A DNA stretch of 64,000 bases from positions 864,001 through 928,000 of the forward strand of contig CAVSGP010000004.1 of NCBI GenBank assembly GCA_963727505.1, given 5' to 3'. Both the position numbers and the translations under genes were made by a program. The notes below the pieces were generated by a model that was not told the origin of the DNA, searched no databases, and saw only the letters and a program-made list of their open reading frames with translations. Positions 19,087 to 30,720 of this stretch are shown here, piece after piece (the stretch's first letter is position 1; each line of letters opens with the position of its first letter). This DNA is from an uncultured Trueperaceae bacterium. GTDB lineage: Bacteria > Deinococcota > Deinococci > Deinococcales > Trueperaceae.

Positions 19087-20227
19087 CGAGCGCCGCCATC
19101 TCGTTGACGACGCGCTGCCCCGGCGCGGGCATACGATCCCGCAGCCTTCGACCCATAGGCTCCCCGACGCCGGACCCGACGGCGTCGGCAGCCAGCGACA
19201 GCAGGTACTCGTGCCAGGCGAAGCTCGAGCTCCGAACCCGCACGGCGGGCTTGCCGGCCAGCGTCGCCGCAACGATGGCATGCTCGCGTTCATGCAGGTC
19301 CTCTCCGCCCCACCGGCACAGCTCGCTCTCCAGAACCGGATAGGGCGGGAAGCCGTAAGCGTCCTCCGCGTTGGCCACCAGCAGGTCGGCCAGAGCATCG
19401 GCCGGGAGTTCCTGCCGTCCATCCGGACCCCGTTCGATCACGACCACCCGCTCGAGCCAGGCCGACTCCACGTAGCGCGCGTCCGGCACGAGGCGATCGA
19501 CCATGTACTTGGGGGGTGGAACGAGGCGTTGCACGACGGCGCTCAGCGTCGCCGCCGGAAAGCCCCTTCGGTAGAGGTCCATGCCGACGCCACGCCCCTC
19601 CTTGGAGTGGAGCCTGCTCTGCGGCACCAGCTTGATCCGCTCGAGAGCGGTCAGCGGTGCGCCGCCGATCGCCTGGACGGTGTGCCGGCTGATCGTGAGC
19701 GGCTTGGGGTAGGCGAGCACGCGCCCGTCGGGACAGAAGATGGTCATGTCGTCGGACAGGAAGGCGTAGCGGCCGTTCGAACCACGGAGGGTGTTCAGGA
19801 TGGTCGTCGTCTTGCCGGTATCCGTGCGCGCCGTCACGAACACGGCCGATCCACCCGAGGCGAGGCAGGCGCCGTGCATCAGGGCGTAGCCCTTGCGCAC
19901 GAGGAGCCACCGCAGCAGCGGCTCCACCACGTTGGTGTAGAGCACGTGGGGCGAGGCGGCGATGAGCGGCGACACCCGCGCCACGGTGTGTTCCGGAGCG
20001 CGGTCGAGAGCGATCTCGAAGCCCCACCGGCCGAACAACTCGCGATAGTGCAGCGTCTCGAGCGTCGTCGGCCGGCCCGGGCTCGCCGTCACGACGACCT
20101 CGATGTCGGGCCGGCCTTCGAGCGCGTTCACTCGGAAGAACTCCAGCTCCGGGAGCTTGCGCTCCGAGCGCACGCGTACCAGGTCGTGGACGTTGTAGGC
20201 GTGGATCGTTCGCACGGTCGGCCTCAC
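19079..20227 (-). CDS. HPr-kinase-like P-loop protein
   Basis: LMHGAC...ARTDTGKTTT...FLSDD arrangement; GTG start overlaps the upstream stop (GTGA). Confidence 0.7.
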   Translation of the reverse strand: MRPTVRTIHAYNVHDLVRVRSERKLPELEFFRVNALEGRPDIEVVVTASPGRPTTLETLHYRELFGRWGFEIALDRAPEHTVARVSPLIAASPHVLYTNVVEPLLRWLLVRKGYALMHGACLASGGSAVFVTARTDTGKTTTILNTLRGSNGRYAFLSDDMTIFCPDGRVLAYPKPLTISRHTVQAIGGAPLTALERIKLVPQSRLHSKEGRGVGMDLYRRGFPAATLSAVVQRLVPPPKYMVDRLVPDARYVESAWLERVVVIERGPDGRQELPADALADLLVANAEDAYGFPPYPVLESELCRWGGEDLHEREHAIVAATLAGKPAVRVRSSSFAWHEYLLSLAADAVGSGVGEPMGRRLRDRMPAPGQRVVNEMAALDG

Positions 20228-21462
20228 CCTTCCTGCACAGGCACGTTGGATTCGCGGATCAGAGCAGCGGTCATGGAGACGGCCGGCCGGCCGCGCCAGA
20301 TCAGGCGGTCGGAGATCAGGTAGCGGAGCAGGAAGATCACCAGGATCGAAACCACGTTGGCGACCAGCGGCGAAAGCGCCACGGCCGTCATCAACAGCAG
20401 CAGGAGCGGTCCGCGGGGCACCAGCAGGGCGTTGTTCATGGCCGCGTAGCCGACCAGCCGAGCCCATCGCCGGCCGCGCACGCGATCCGGGAACACCCAG
20501 GTCTCGGACAGGACGAAGTTCCAGAGCGTCGACCCTTGCGTGGCGATGGCGGCGGCGAGCAGGTAGTGCCCACCCATGAGCGCCGCGGCGAGCGCGAAGA
20601 GCACCGTGTTGACCACGATGCCGGTCCCACCCACCGCACCGAAACGGAGCAGCCGGCTGCGGGCACTGAGGCTGAGCCGGATCATCTGGCGGAACAGCTT
20701 CGCCATCTCGGCCCCACTGGCCTTGCTCGTCCCCGCGACGCGTTTGCCGAACTCGAACGGGATCTCGCTCACGACGAGCTGGGGGCTTCGCACCACGAGC
20801 TCCAGCAGGATCTTGAAGCCCTCGGGCCGCAGGCGGTCGGGGTCGACACGGTCGCGGCGAACGAGGAAGAACCCCGTCAGCGGATCGCTCAGTTCCCGGA
20901 GGCTGCGGGGGAACAGGAGCCGGGAGACCAGGGCCAGCCCGTAGGAGAGAAGCCGCCGGAAGACGCTGAGGCCCTCCGTGCCACCGCCGTCGGTCAGGCG
21001 GCTGGCGGCCACCAGCGTGGCCCTTCGCGCGCGGGCCCGATCGAGGAGCTGCGGAACGACCTCCGGCGGATGCTGCAGGTCCCCGTCCATGACGCACACC
21101 CACTCCGCCTTCGCGGCACGGATCCCCTCGACCACCGCCATGCCGAGACCGTTGCGGCGCTCGGGCGGACGGGCGATGAGCCGCACCGCGAACGGGTGCC
21201 GACCCGCCTCGGCCCGAACGGCGTCCGGTGTGGCGTCGGAGCTGTCGTCCACGACGATGACCTCGCTCACGAGTCCGGCGCACGAGTCTTCGATCCGCGC
21301 CAGCAGCGGACCGATGTTCTCCGCCTCGTTACGCGTCGGCACGACGACACTGACCGTGGTGCCGGCTCCCACGATCACCGGAGCGACTCCGGCCAACCGC
21401 GACGCGTCGGCGTCAGCGAACAAACCCGCGACGGTTCTGCCTTCCGGCATAGGATCAACCAC
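20224..21462 (-). CDS. Polyprenol-phosphate mannose synthase (GT2, DPM1-like) fused to GtrA domain
   Basis: VVPTRNEAENI, VDDS.D, MDGDLQHPPE, DPLTGFF, GFKILLE, R.AG.SK motifs; C-terminal RFGAVGG.G.VVN GtrA helices. Confidence 0.9.
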   Translation of the reverse strand: MVDPMPEGRTVAGLFADADASRLAGVAPVIVGAGTTVSVVVPTRNEAENIGPLLARIEDSCAGLVSEVIVVDDSSDATPDAVRAEAGRHPFAVRLIARPPERRNGLGMAVVEGIRAAKAEWVCVMDGDLQHPPEVVPQLLDRARARRATLVAASRLTDGGGTEGLSVFRRLLSYGLALVSRLLFPRSLRELSDPLTGFFLVRRDRVDPDRLRPEGFKILLELVVRSPQLVVSEIPFEFGKRVAGTSKASGAEMAKLFRQMIRLSLSARSRLLRFGAVGGTGIVVNTVLFALAAALMGGHYLLAAAIATQGSTLWNFVLSETWVFPDRVRGRRWARLVGYAAMNNALLVPRGPLLLLLMTAVALSPLVANVVSILVIFLLRYLISDRLIWRGRPAVSMTAALIRESNVPVQEG

Positions 21463-21532
21463 GACGTACCCCCTCCCGAGGTCCCACGCATGCGTGAGCG
21501 ATGCACGACGTCAGCTACTATTTGGACAAGCG

Positions 21533-22060
21533 ATGGATGATCCTAAGAAACATGAGACAGAGCCACAAGACACCAACGAGGGGTCGCACCCCAGACCATG
21601 GTCATACGACCCCCGCCGTTCGGCGGGCCCCGTGGCGGCCACCGTGCGCCGCGAGGAATCGGGCTACAGCGTGTCGGTCAAGCAGTCGGGCGTGCGCGTC
21701 GACGAGGCCGTCTTCGAGGCCGGGACCACGGGCGAGCAGCAGGCCATCGCGGACCTCGAGTCTCGCGTCTTCGAGGGCAGGGCGATAGCGACCGAGATCC
21801 GCTGGCGCCTGCGGGAGCACGCCACCCGCGCCCGCGACGCCCGAGGCTCAACGCGCCGCGACCGCCCTCCGGGCCGTCTCGGCACGGACCGCAACCGCGC
21901 GCAGCAGTGCGGGGAACATCAGGCGATGGAACGGATAGAGCGTCCACCAGTACAGGAAGCCCGCCAGGCCGTGCGGCTCGAAGAGGGCCGTCTGGGTGAG
22001 TTGGCAGGTGAAGGCGTCGAGACGGACGACGTCGTAGCGCAACCACGCGCGACCGGGTAG
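21533..22060 (+). CDS. Possible hypothetical protein
   Basis: Protein-like stretch 21533-21850 fills an otherwise empty gap, but the frame overlaps the convergent gene by ~210 bp. Confidence 0.3.
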   Translation: MDDPKKHETEPQDTNEGSHPRPWSYDPRRSAGPVAATVRREESGYSVSVKQSGVRVDEAVFEAGTTGEQQAIADLESRVFEGRAIATEIRWRLREHATRARDARGSTRRDRPPGRLGTDRNRAQQCGEHQAMERIERPPVQEARQAVRLEEGRLGELAGEGVETDDVVAQPRATG

Positions 22061-23347
22061 CTTCATCTCGGCGCGCAACTGGAGGTGGTGGGGCGCATCG
22101 ACCGACTCGACCCGCCAGAAGTCGAGGGGATCGCCGGGCAGCAACCGGTCCGGATCGCGTCGTCCCCGCCGCATACCGATCCCCCCTTGGAGGCGGTCGA
22201 GCCAACCGCGAAGGCGCCACAGGCCGTCGTAGGCGTACCATCCGCGCTCGCCCCCCTGTCTGGCGAGCACCGCGAAGGTTCCCTCGGCGGGGGCGCCAAC
22301 GGACCGCGAGCGCCGGTCGACCAGCAAGCCCTCGGTGTCGTGCAGCCGGTCGGGTGCGGGCGTACCGCGCGGCACCGCGGAAACGCTGTCGCTCCAGAGC
22401 GTCGCTACCGAGCCTTGCCGGGTCCGGTCCAGTGCCACGGCCAACGCTGCCCGGTAGGGCAAAGGGGTCACATCGTAGGCCATGGACGGCCCCGGATCCC
22501 GCACCACCACCTCGCTGGTGAGGCCTTCGACGAGTGGACGGGCGATGGAGGCCGGGATCGGCGTGACGAGGTTCACCCAGTACGACGACAGCCGAGGGCT
22601 CAGCACGGGGACCGGCAGCAGGTGGCGCCGGAGGCCTCGCGCCCGGGCGTATCCCAGCATGAGCTCCCGGTAGGTAAGCACGTCGGGGCCGCCGATCTCC
22701 ACCACCTGGTGACCGTCGGGGGTTCGCGCGATCGCTGCCACGAGGTACTGCAGCACGTCGCGTACGGCGATCGGCTGCACGCGCGTCTCGACCCATCGCG
22801 GCGTCACCATCACCGGGAGGCGTTCGGTCAGGTAGCGGATCATCTCGAACGACAGCGAACCGGAGCCGACGATCACCGCCGCGCGGAACTCGGTGACGGG
22901 CACGCCCGCGCGGGCGAGTTCCCGGCCCGTCTCCTGGCGGGACGCGAGGTGCCGCGACAGGTCTTTCCCCGCTTCGCCCAGGCCGCCGAGATAGACGATG
23001 TGGCGCACGCCTGCCCGCTTCGCCGCCTCGCCGAACCGGCGCGCCGCCAGCCGGTCGCGGTCCTCGAAGCCGCGCTCGGACGCCCCCATCGAGTGGATGA
23101 GGTAGAAGGCCGTCCGGCAACCTCGAAGGCTCGCCTCGAGCCCCTCCGGGGCCAATACATCGGCCTCCCGAACGTCCACCGCGTCTCTCCATGGCCGTGC
23201 GGCGAGCCGTTCCGGCTCGCGCACGAGGCAGCGAACGGGATATCCCGCCTCCAGCAGCAGGGGTACCAGGCGCCCGCCGATGTATCCGGTCGCGCCCGTC
23301 ACAGCGACGTCCGCCATGTCGACATCCGTCATGCCGACTCCTGTCAT
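21848..23347 (-). CDS. NAD(P)-binding atypical SDR with DUF2867 domain (YbjT-like)
   Basis: VTGATGYIGG, FYLIHSM, IVGSGSLSFEMIR, LDFWRV, RAEMKLPGRAWL motifs; start could be 23347, 23332 or 23317. Confidence 0.88.
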   Translation of the reverse strand: MTGVGMTDVDMADVAVTGATGYIGGRLVPLLLEAGYPVRCLVREPERLAARPWRDAVDVREADVLAPEGLEASLRGCRTAFYLIHSMGASERGFEDRDRLAARRFGEAAKRAGVRHIVYLGGLGEAGKDLSRHLASRQETGRELARAGVPVTEFRAAVIVGSGSLSFEMIRYLTERLPVMVTPRWVETRVQPIAVRDVLQYLVAAIARTPDGHQVVEIGGPDVLTYRELMLGYARARGLRRHLLPVPVLSPRLSSYWVNLVTPIPASIARPLVEGLTSEVVVRDPGPSMAYDVTPLPYRAALAVALDRTRQGSVATLWSDSVSAVPRGTPAPDRLHDTEGLLVDRRSRSVGAPAEGTFAVLARQGGERGWYAYDGLWRLRGWLDRLQGGIGMRRGRRDPDRLLPGDPLDFWRVESVDAPHHLQLRAEMKLPGRAWLRYDVVRLDAFTCQLTQTALFEPHGLAGFLYWWTLYPFHRLMFPALLRAVAVRAETARRAVAAR

Positions 23348-23662
23348 TCCCGAGTATCGGAGATCCAGGCGGCTGGAACAGCAAGCGGCGTCGCGTTCAC
23401 TGCTCGCACGAAGGGCCCCCGGGCGCGCCCCTGCCTCACGGGCCGGTGGCGGAAGCGCCTCACACTCTCCACGTCGGAAAGTGCATAGACTGGTGGGCGG
23501 TCCACACCTGAGGGGACCCGAAGAGATGAATGTGGCGACGTCGCGCAAACCTTCGCGACGCCCCCACCCGGCCACGCTCGGCCGCATCGCCATATCGGCG
23601 CCACCCACGCACCTGTCGGAATCGCAGGCGCTGCGCGGGCGACGCTCCGGAGAGGACCCCTC

Positions 23663-23992
23663 ATGAGCCACTTCTTCCACGACCCCACCAACGACGATTC
23701 CGGCGACACCTTCGTCATCCACACCGCCGACGGCCTCACGCTCGAGCTCTGCCCGAGTTGCCTGACGGTGCGGAGCCGCGGCGCGAGCGATGCGCTGGCG
23801 TTGGCGCGGGTGCCGCTCAACCTCGATCGCATCGAAGGCGTGTCGGCCGGGAGTCAGGTCACCGCCCACGCCACGCACGCGCACAGCCTGACCGTGCGCC
23901 GGGAGCCCGGCGGCCTCGACGTGTGCGTCCGCACCCCGCACCTCGAGGTACTGAGGCGCCACCTCGCGATCCCCGCCGCGGGCGCTTACTAG
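23663..23992 (+). CDS. Hypothetical protein
   Basis: RBS GGAGAGGA, high-GC codon pattern, fills gap; no family recognised. Confidence 0.55.
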   Translation: MSHFFHDPTNDDSGDTFVIHTADGLTLELCPSCLTVRSRGASDALALARVPLNLDRIEGVSAGSQVTAHATHAHSLTVRREPGGLDVCVRTPHLEVLRRHLAIPAAGAY

Positions 23993-24079
23993 ACCGACAC
24001 GGCAGACCCGGCCCTGCCACCGGCGCCCACTAGACCGACTCGTCGAGCTTCGCCGCGCCATGGGCGGGTCCGGGGGCCG

Positions 24080-24886
24080 TCAGCGGTGGCGCTCGAGCCC
24101 TGCGCGCTGCAGCACCAGCGCGGCGAGCTCCTCCACGGAGAGCGTGCTGGCATCCTGGAACGGGATGCCGTGGCGATGGAACAGTCGCTCGGCCTGCCTG
24201 ACCTCGAACGCACAGCGCTCTAGCGCCGAGTAGGCGCTGGCCGGCCGCCGCTGCTCCCGCAGCTCGTGCAGCCGCTGCGGCGCGATGGTCAGCCCGAAGA
24301 GCCGTCCACGGTAGGACGCGATCGGCCCGGGCAGCCCCTCGAAATCGAAGTCGTCGTCGGCCAGCGGGTAGTTCGCCGCCCGCACCCCGTACTGCAGCGC
24401 CAGGTAGAGGCAGGTGGGGCTCTTGCCGACGCGTGACACCCCGATCATCACCACCTCGGCGTGCCCGTACCGATTCACGTTGGTGCCGTCGTCGGTCGCC
24501 AGCGTGTACTCCACGGCGTCGATGCGCGCCTGGTAACTCGCCAGGTCTCGTATGCCGTGGAAGGCGCCCACGTGCGCCTGCGGCTCGCTTCCGAACAACG
24601 ACGCCAGCGGCCCCAGGAAGGGCTCGAAGAGATCGAGATGCGCGCACGGGGCCGCCGCGAGGCGCTGCCGGATCGCCTCGTCGGTGATGGTCGAGAACAC
24701 CACGGGGGTCTCGGGCAGGGCGGCGAGCTCCTCGGCGAGGGCGTCGGCCCGCTGCAACGTGTTCACGAACGGCCGAGTGAACGTGCGGATGGGCACGCCG
24801 GTGAAACGAGCGAGCAGGCTGTGGCCCAACACCTCGGCCGTGACGCCGGTATGGTCCGAGACGAAGTACACCGAGCGGGCGTTCAT
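24080..24886 (-). CDS. ppsR: PEP synthase regulatory protein (kinase/pyrophosphorylase, DUF299)
   Basis: VSDHTGVTAE, DDG, GVSRVGKSP.C.YLA motifs; divergent from ppsA. Confidence 0.92.
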   Translation of the reverse strand: MNARSVYFVSDHTGVTAEVLGHSLLARFTGVPIRTFTRPFVNTLQRADALAEELAALPETPVVFSTITDEAIRQRLAAAPCAHLDLFEPFLGPLASLFGSEPQAHVGAFHGIRDLASYQARIDAVEYTLATDDGTNVNRYGHAEVVMIGVSRVGKSPTCLYLALQYGVRAANYPLADDDFDFEGLPGPIASYRGRLFGLTIAPQRLHELREQRRPASAYSALERCAFEVRQAERLFHRHGIPFQDASTLSVEELAALVLQRAGLERHR

Positions 24887-25091
24887 GGCGCCTCCATTCC
24901 TTGCGTCGGGCGCAAGCTCCGGGGCTCCCTCCGGCCTCGAAGCGCGGCGCGCGTGCTTGTACCACCGTCGGGACACGGAGCGCGCGCCGTGCGGTAGTTT
25001 GGGGCCGGACCGTGCAGGTACAGGCCAGGGGAGCCAAGTCACTTCCGAGTGTCGTCGCTCCAAAGCATAGGCCGCGTCGGGAGGAGTCGTC

Positions 25092-27461
<2,370 letters not shown>

Positions 27462-27534
27462 CACCATGCCGGCGTCGGCCGCATCGGGTGCCGGCCGACA
27501 TACGGCCGACGGCGACGCCCGCTAGAGTGGACGC

Positions 27535-28119
27535 ATGAGCGATCCGACCGCACGGGGCCCCGGCGGCCCCACCCTCGTCACCGCCACGCTGGCGGGCGGT
27601 TGCTTCTGGTGTCTCGAAGCGGTCTACGCCGAGCTGGCGGGCGTGAAGTCCGTGGACTCAGGCTACACCGGCGGGCATGTCGACGCCCCCACGTATCAAC
27701 AGGTGTGCGGTGGCGCCACCGGCCATGCCGAAGCGGTGCGCATCCGCTTCGACCCCGGTGTCATCGGCTTCCGCGACCTGCTGCAGGTGTTCTTCTCCAT
27801 CCACGACCCCACCACCAAGGACCGTCAGGGCAACGACGTGGGGACGCAGTACCGCTCGGCGATCTTCTACCACGACGACGATCAGCGCGCCGAGGCCGAG
27901 GCCGTGATGCGCGAGGTCGGCGACGCGAAGGTCTACGACGCGCCGCTGGTCACCGAGCTGGCGCCGGCCGGCCCCTACTACCCGGCCGAGCCCTACCACC
28001 GCAACTTCTTCGCGCAGAACCCCGATCAGGCCTACTGTCGTGTGGTGATCGCGCCCAAGGTGGCCAAGTTCCGCAAGCAGCACGTGGACCGGCTGCGGCG
28101 CACCGTCCGTAGCGACTGA
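27535..28119 (+). CDS. msrA: Peptide-methionine (S)-S-oxide reductase
   Basis: GGCFWC, GYTGG, TGHAE, HDPTT..RQGNDVGTQYRS motifs. Confidence 0.96.
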   Translation: MSDPTARGPGGPTLVTATLAGGCFWCLEAVYAELAGVKSVDSGYTGGHVDAPTYQQVCGGATGHAEAVRIRFDPGVIGFRDLLQVFFSIHDPTTKDRQGNDVGTQYRSAIFYHDDDQRAEAEAVMREVGDAKVYDAPLVTELAPAGPYYPAEPYHRNFFAQNPDQAYCRVVIAPKVAKFRKQHVDRLRRTVRSD

Positions 28120-28142
28120 GCACACCCTTCGGCCTCGAACAG

Positions 28143-28182
28143 CGAAAGCGCGGGGCCCGCCGTGGCGGGCCCCGCGCTTTCG
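28143..28182. terminator. Bidirectional intrinsic terminator
   Basis: Perfect 19-bp inverted repeat CGAAAGCGCGGGGCCCGCC/GGCGGGCCCCGCGCTTTCG between convergent msrA and fbcB. Confidence 0.85.
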
Positions 28183-28213
28183 TCCTGGATGCGCCGGCCG
28201 CTTGTGCCGGAGG

Positions 28214-29482
28214 TCAGTCGCCCGGGGCGGCGTCGGATCCCGGTCCGGCTGCCTCGCGCTCGCGAGCCGAGGCCGGGTAGATGGCGCGGAGCAGGCCGTA
28301 GGTGATGGCTCCGACCACGACCGGCCCGCCGAGCACCAGCAGCCACAGGAAGCCGGTGCTGAAGCCGAGGCCCTCCTTGAAAGCGGCCATGGTCGTGGCG
28401 ATGAAGAAGCTCAACACCCCGATCACCGTCGCGGTTCGGACCTTGTGCTGGCTGGGCAACTCGATATAGCGCAGTTTGCGCTTCGATGGCTGCAGCAGCG
28501 GGAAGAGGAAACCGACGACGATGAGCACCGAAGGGAATAGCACGCCGATGAACTCGCTCCCGACGTGAATGCCGAGGACGGTGAACTGCCAGCTCGAGGG
28601 GATCATCTTGAGGAACCCGAAGATCCACAGGAAGTACCAGTCCGGCTTGACGTTGGGCGTCGACGGGCCGGGAGGCCCGAAGTGCTCGATCGGGTTCGCG
28701 TTGAAGAGGCCGGCCACCAGCGCCAGAACCGCCACCAGCACAGCGAACAGCACCCCCATGATGAGGGCCTGCTGCGGCCAGAAGGGCACGCCGAGGATCT
28801 TGTTCGGCGCGATCCTCTCCGAGTACTTCGGTTGCGTGTGCTTCTGCAGGAACATGATCAGCACGTGCGCTCCGATCAACGCCGCGATGATCAGTGGCAG
28901 CCAGATCATGTGGATGGCGGTCAGGCGCGGGATCGAGTGTTCCGTCGGGAACGTGCCACCGAAGAACAGCTGCGCCAGCCAGGTCCCGATGAGCGGGATG
29001 GCGGCTGCAAGCTGGTAGCCGACCTTCGTGGCGGTCGCCGAGAAGGCGTCGAACGGCAAGGAGTACCCCGTGAAGGCCGCCACCACCGCGAAGCTCAGCA
29101 GCGCCAGGCCGATGAGCCAGTTGATCTCGCGCGGCTTCTTGTACGCCCCTGTCAGCAGGATCCGGATCATGTGCAGGAAGGCGGCGGCGATGAACACGCT
29201 GGCCGCCCAGTGGTGCATGCTGCGGATCACCAGCCCGAAGGGCAACGTGTCGATGAACTGCACCGAGGCGTAGGCGGCGGGGAGCTGCTTGGCGCCCACC
29301 TGCACCATGCGGATCGAAGGCTCGAAATTGATGGATAGGAAGATGCCCGTCAGCACCAGGATGACGAACGAGAACATCGTGATCTCGCCCAGGAAGAACG
29401 AGTGGTGCACCGGGAACATCTTCCGGAAGAACTTCTTGTACAACCTGGACAACGCCAGACGCTCGTCGAGCCACTTACCCAT
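28214..29482 (-). CDS. fbcB: Cytochrome b subunit of the bc complex
   Basis: RSMHHW, HMIR, FTGYSLP, heme-ligand His pairs and Qo-site PDWY. Confidence 0.92.
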   Translation of the reverse strand: MGKWLDERLALSRLYKKFFRKMFPVHHSFFLGEITMFSFVILVLTGIFLSINFEPSIRMVQVGAKQLPAAYASVQFIDTLPFGLVIRSMHHWAASVFIAAAFLHMIRILLTGAYKKPREINWLIGLALLSFAVVAAFTGYSLPFDAFSATATKVGYQLAAAIPLIGTWLAQLFFGGTFPTEHSIPRLTAIHMIWLPLIIAALIGAHVLIMFLQKHTQPKYSERIAPNKILGVPFWPQQALIMGVLFAVLVAVLALVAGLFNANPIEHFGPPGPSTPNVKPDWYFLWIFGFLKMIPSSWQFTVLGIHVGSEFIGVLFPSVLIVVGFLFPLLQPSKRKLRYIELPSQHKVRTATVIGVLSFFIATTMAAFKEGLGFSTGFLWLLVLGGPVVVGAITYGLLRAIYPASAREREAAGPGSDAAPGD

Positions 29483-29494
29483 GATCCACCACCC

Positions 29495-30172
29495 TCAACT
29501 GCATCCGACGCTCGTCAGGAAGCCGCCAGCCACTGTCAGCTGTCCGCTGGTTGCCTTGAGCGGGATGAGCGGCTGCGGGCGGGGTGCGGGGCCCGCCATG
29601 ACCTTGCCTGCGGCCCGCGGATTGAACTGCGAGTGGTGGCAGGGGCACAACATCCAACTGTTCTTGCTGTCCCAGTCGCTGACCGTGCAGCACAGATGGG
29701 TGCACACGGCGGAGTAGCCGACCACGCCGTCAGCGGCATGAGGGGCCGTATCCGGACCCAGCGCGCTCGGGTCGAAACGGGTCAGCATGATCAGGTTGTT
29801 GTCCGTGCCGCTCTTCACCACACCCGACTTGGGGTCCTTGGGGTAGCACAGAATCTGCTTCGTGTCCCGTTGGACGTCTCCCACCTGTACCAGCTTGGTC
29901 TGGTCCTCGGCGTGCACAAGCACATCGCCTTCGGCGGGGGGTTCCTGTTGCGGGGTGGTCTTGGCGATCGGCCTCAGGCTCCCGGTCACGGTCAACGCCG
30001 ACAGGCCCGTGACCGTGAGGGCAACCGTCACGCCCACGCTGGCCTGCAGGAAGCGGCGCCGCTGGATCAGGCGCTCGTGCTCGTCGGCCTCGGGCGGGTG
30101 CACGCTCACGGCGTCGCCGCTGCGCTCCGGATCCCCCTGCGGGGCATCCGTGCGCTCGTCATCGTTCGGCAT
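29495..30172 (-). CDS. fbcF: Rieske [2Fe-2S] protein with Tat signal
   Basis: RRRFL Tat motif; CTHLCC and CPCHHS boxes; GPAPRP; TAATG overlap with the upstream gene. Confidence 0.92.
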   Translation of the reverse strand: MPNDDERTDAPQGDPERSGDAVSVHPPEADEHERLIQRRRFLQASVGVTVALTVTGLSALTVTGSLRPIAKTTPQQEPPAEGDVLVHAEDQTKLVQVGDVQRDTKQILCYPKDPKSGVVKSGTDNNLIMLTRFDPSALGPDTAPHAADGVVGYSAVCTHLCCTVSDWDSKNSWMLCPCHHSQFNPRAAGKVMAGPAPRPQPLIPLKATSGQLTVAGGFLTSVGCS

Positions 30173-30651
30173 TACCAAGGCACCTCCGAATCCTCGGACT
30201 CGATGTGGACCTCATCGTCCTGGTAGTAGTTCTTGTAGAGCATGAGGAGCCCCGCCACGCACAGACTGATCGCGGCGAAGATGATGCCCTCTGCCGCCGG
30301 GTGGTTCTGCTGGGTCCGGAGGCTGTGCACGATGGCCTGGACGAACAACCCGGACAGCGCGACGGCCAGCGCCGACAGCACCATGCCCACCCACTGCGCG
30401 CGTCCCGGACGCGCCTTGTGCACGCCGGGGCGGAGCTCGGAGCCCTCGAGCCAGACCGAAATCAAGCCGATCACGCCGTAGACGAGGAACACCGCCCCGA
30501 AGCTGATCAGGCCGATCTGGCCGACCGATAGCGGCTGCGGCTTGCCGCCGGATACCGCCGTGATGTAGCGGCCGTCGAGGTAGGACATGAAGAACAGGGC
30601 CGCCGCGAACACGAGGGTGAAGAACGGGATCACGCGGTCGTTGCGATACAT
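30172..30651 (-). CDS. fbcX: Small membrane subunit of the bc complex (FbcX-like)
   Basis: Four TM helices; located between cytochrome c and Rieske genes as in the Thermus fbcCXFB operon. Confidence 0.75.
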   Translation of the reverse strand: MYRNDRVIPFFTLVFAAALFFMSYLDGRYITAVSGGKPQPLSVGQIGLISFGAVFLVYGVIGLISVWLEGSELRPGVHKARPGRAQWVGMVLSALAVALSGLFVQAIVHSLRTQQNHPAAEGIIFAAISLCVAGLLMLYKNYYQDDEVHIESEDSEVPW

Positions 30652-30720
30652 CTCAACGCCCCTTCCCACGGTCGGTGACGAGGGCCCGCAGCGGCATCGT
30701 GCGGCGCGGACCTGCGGCGA

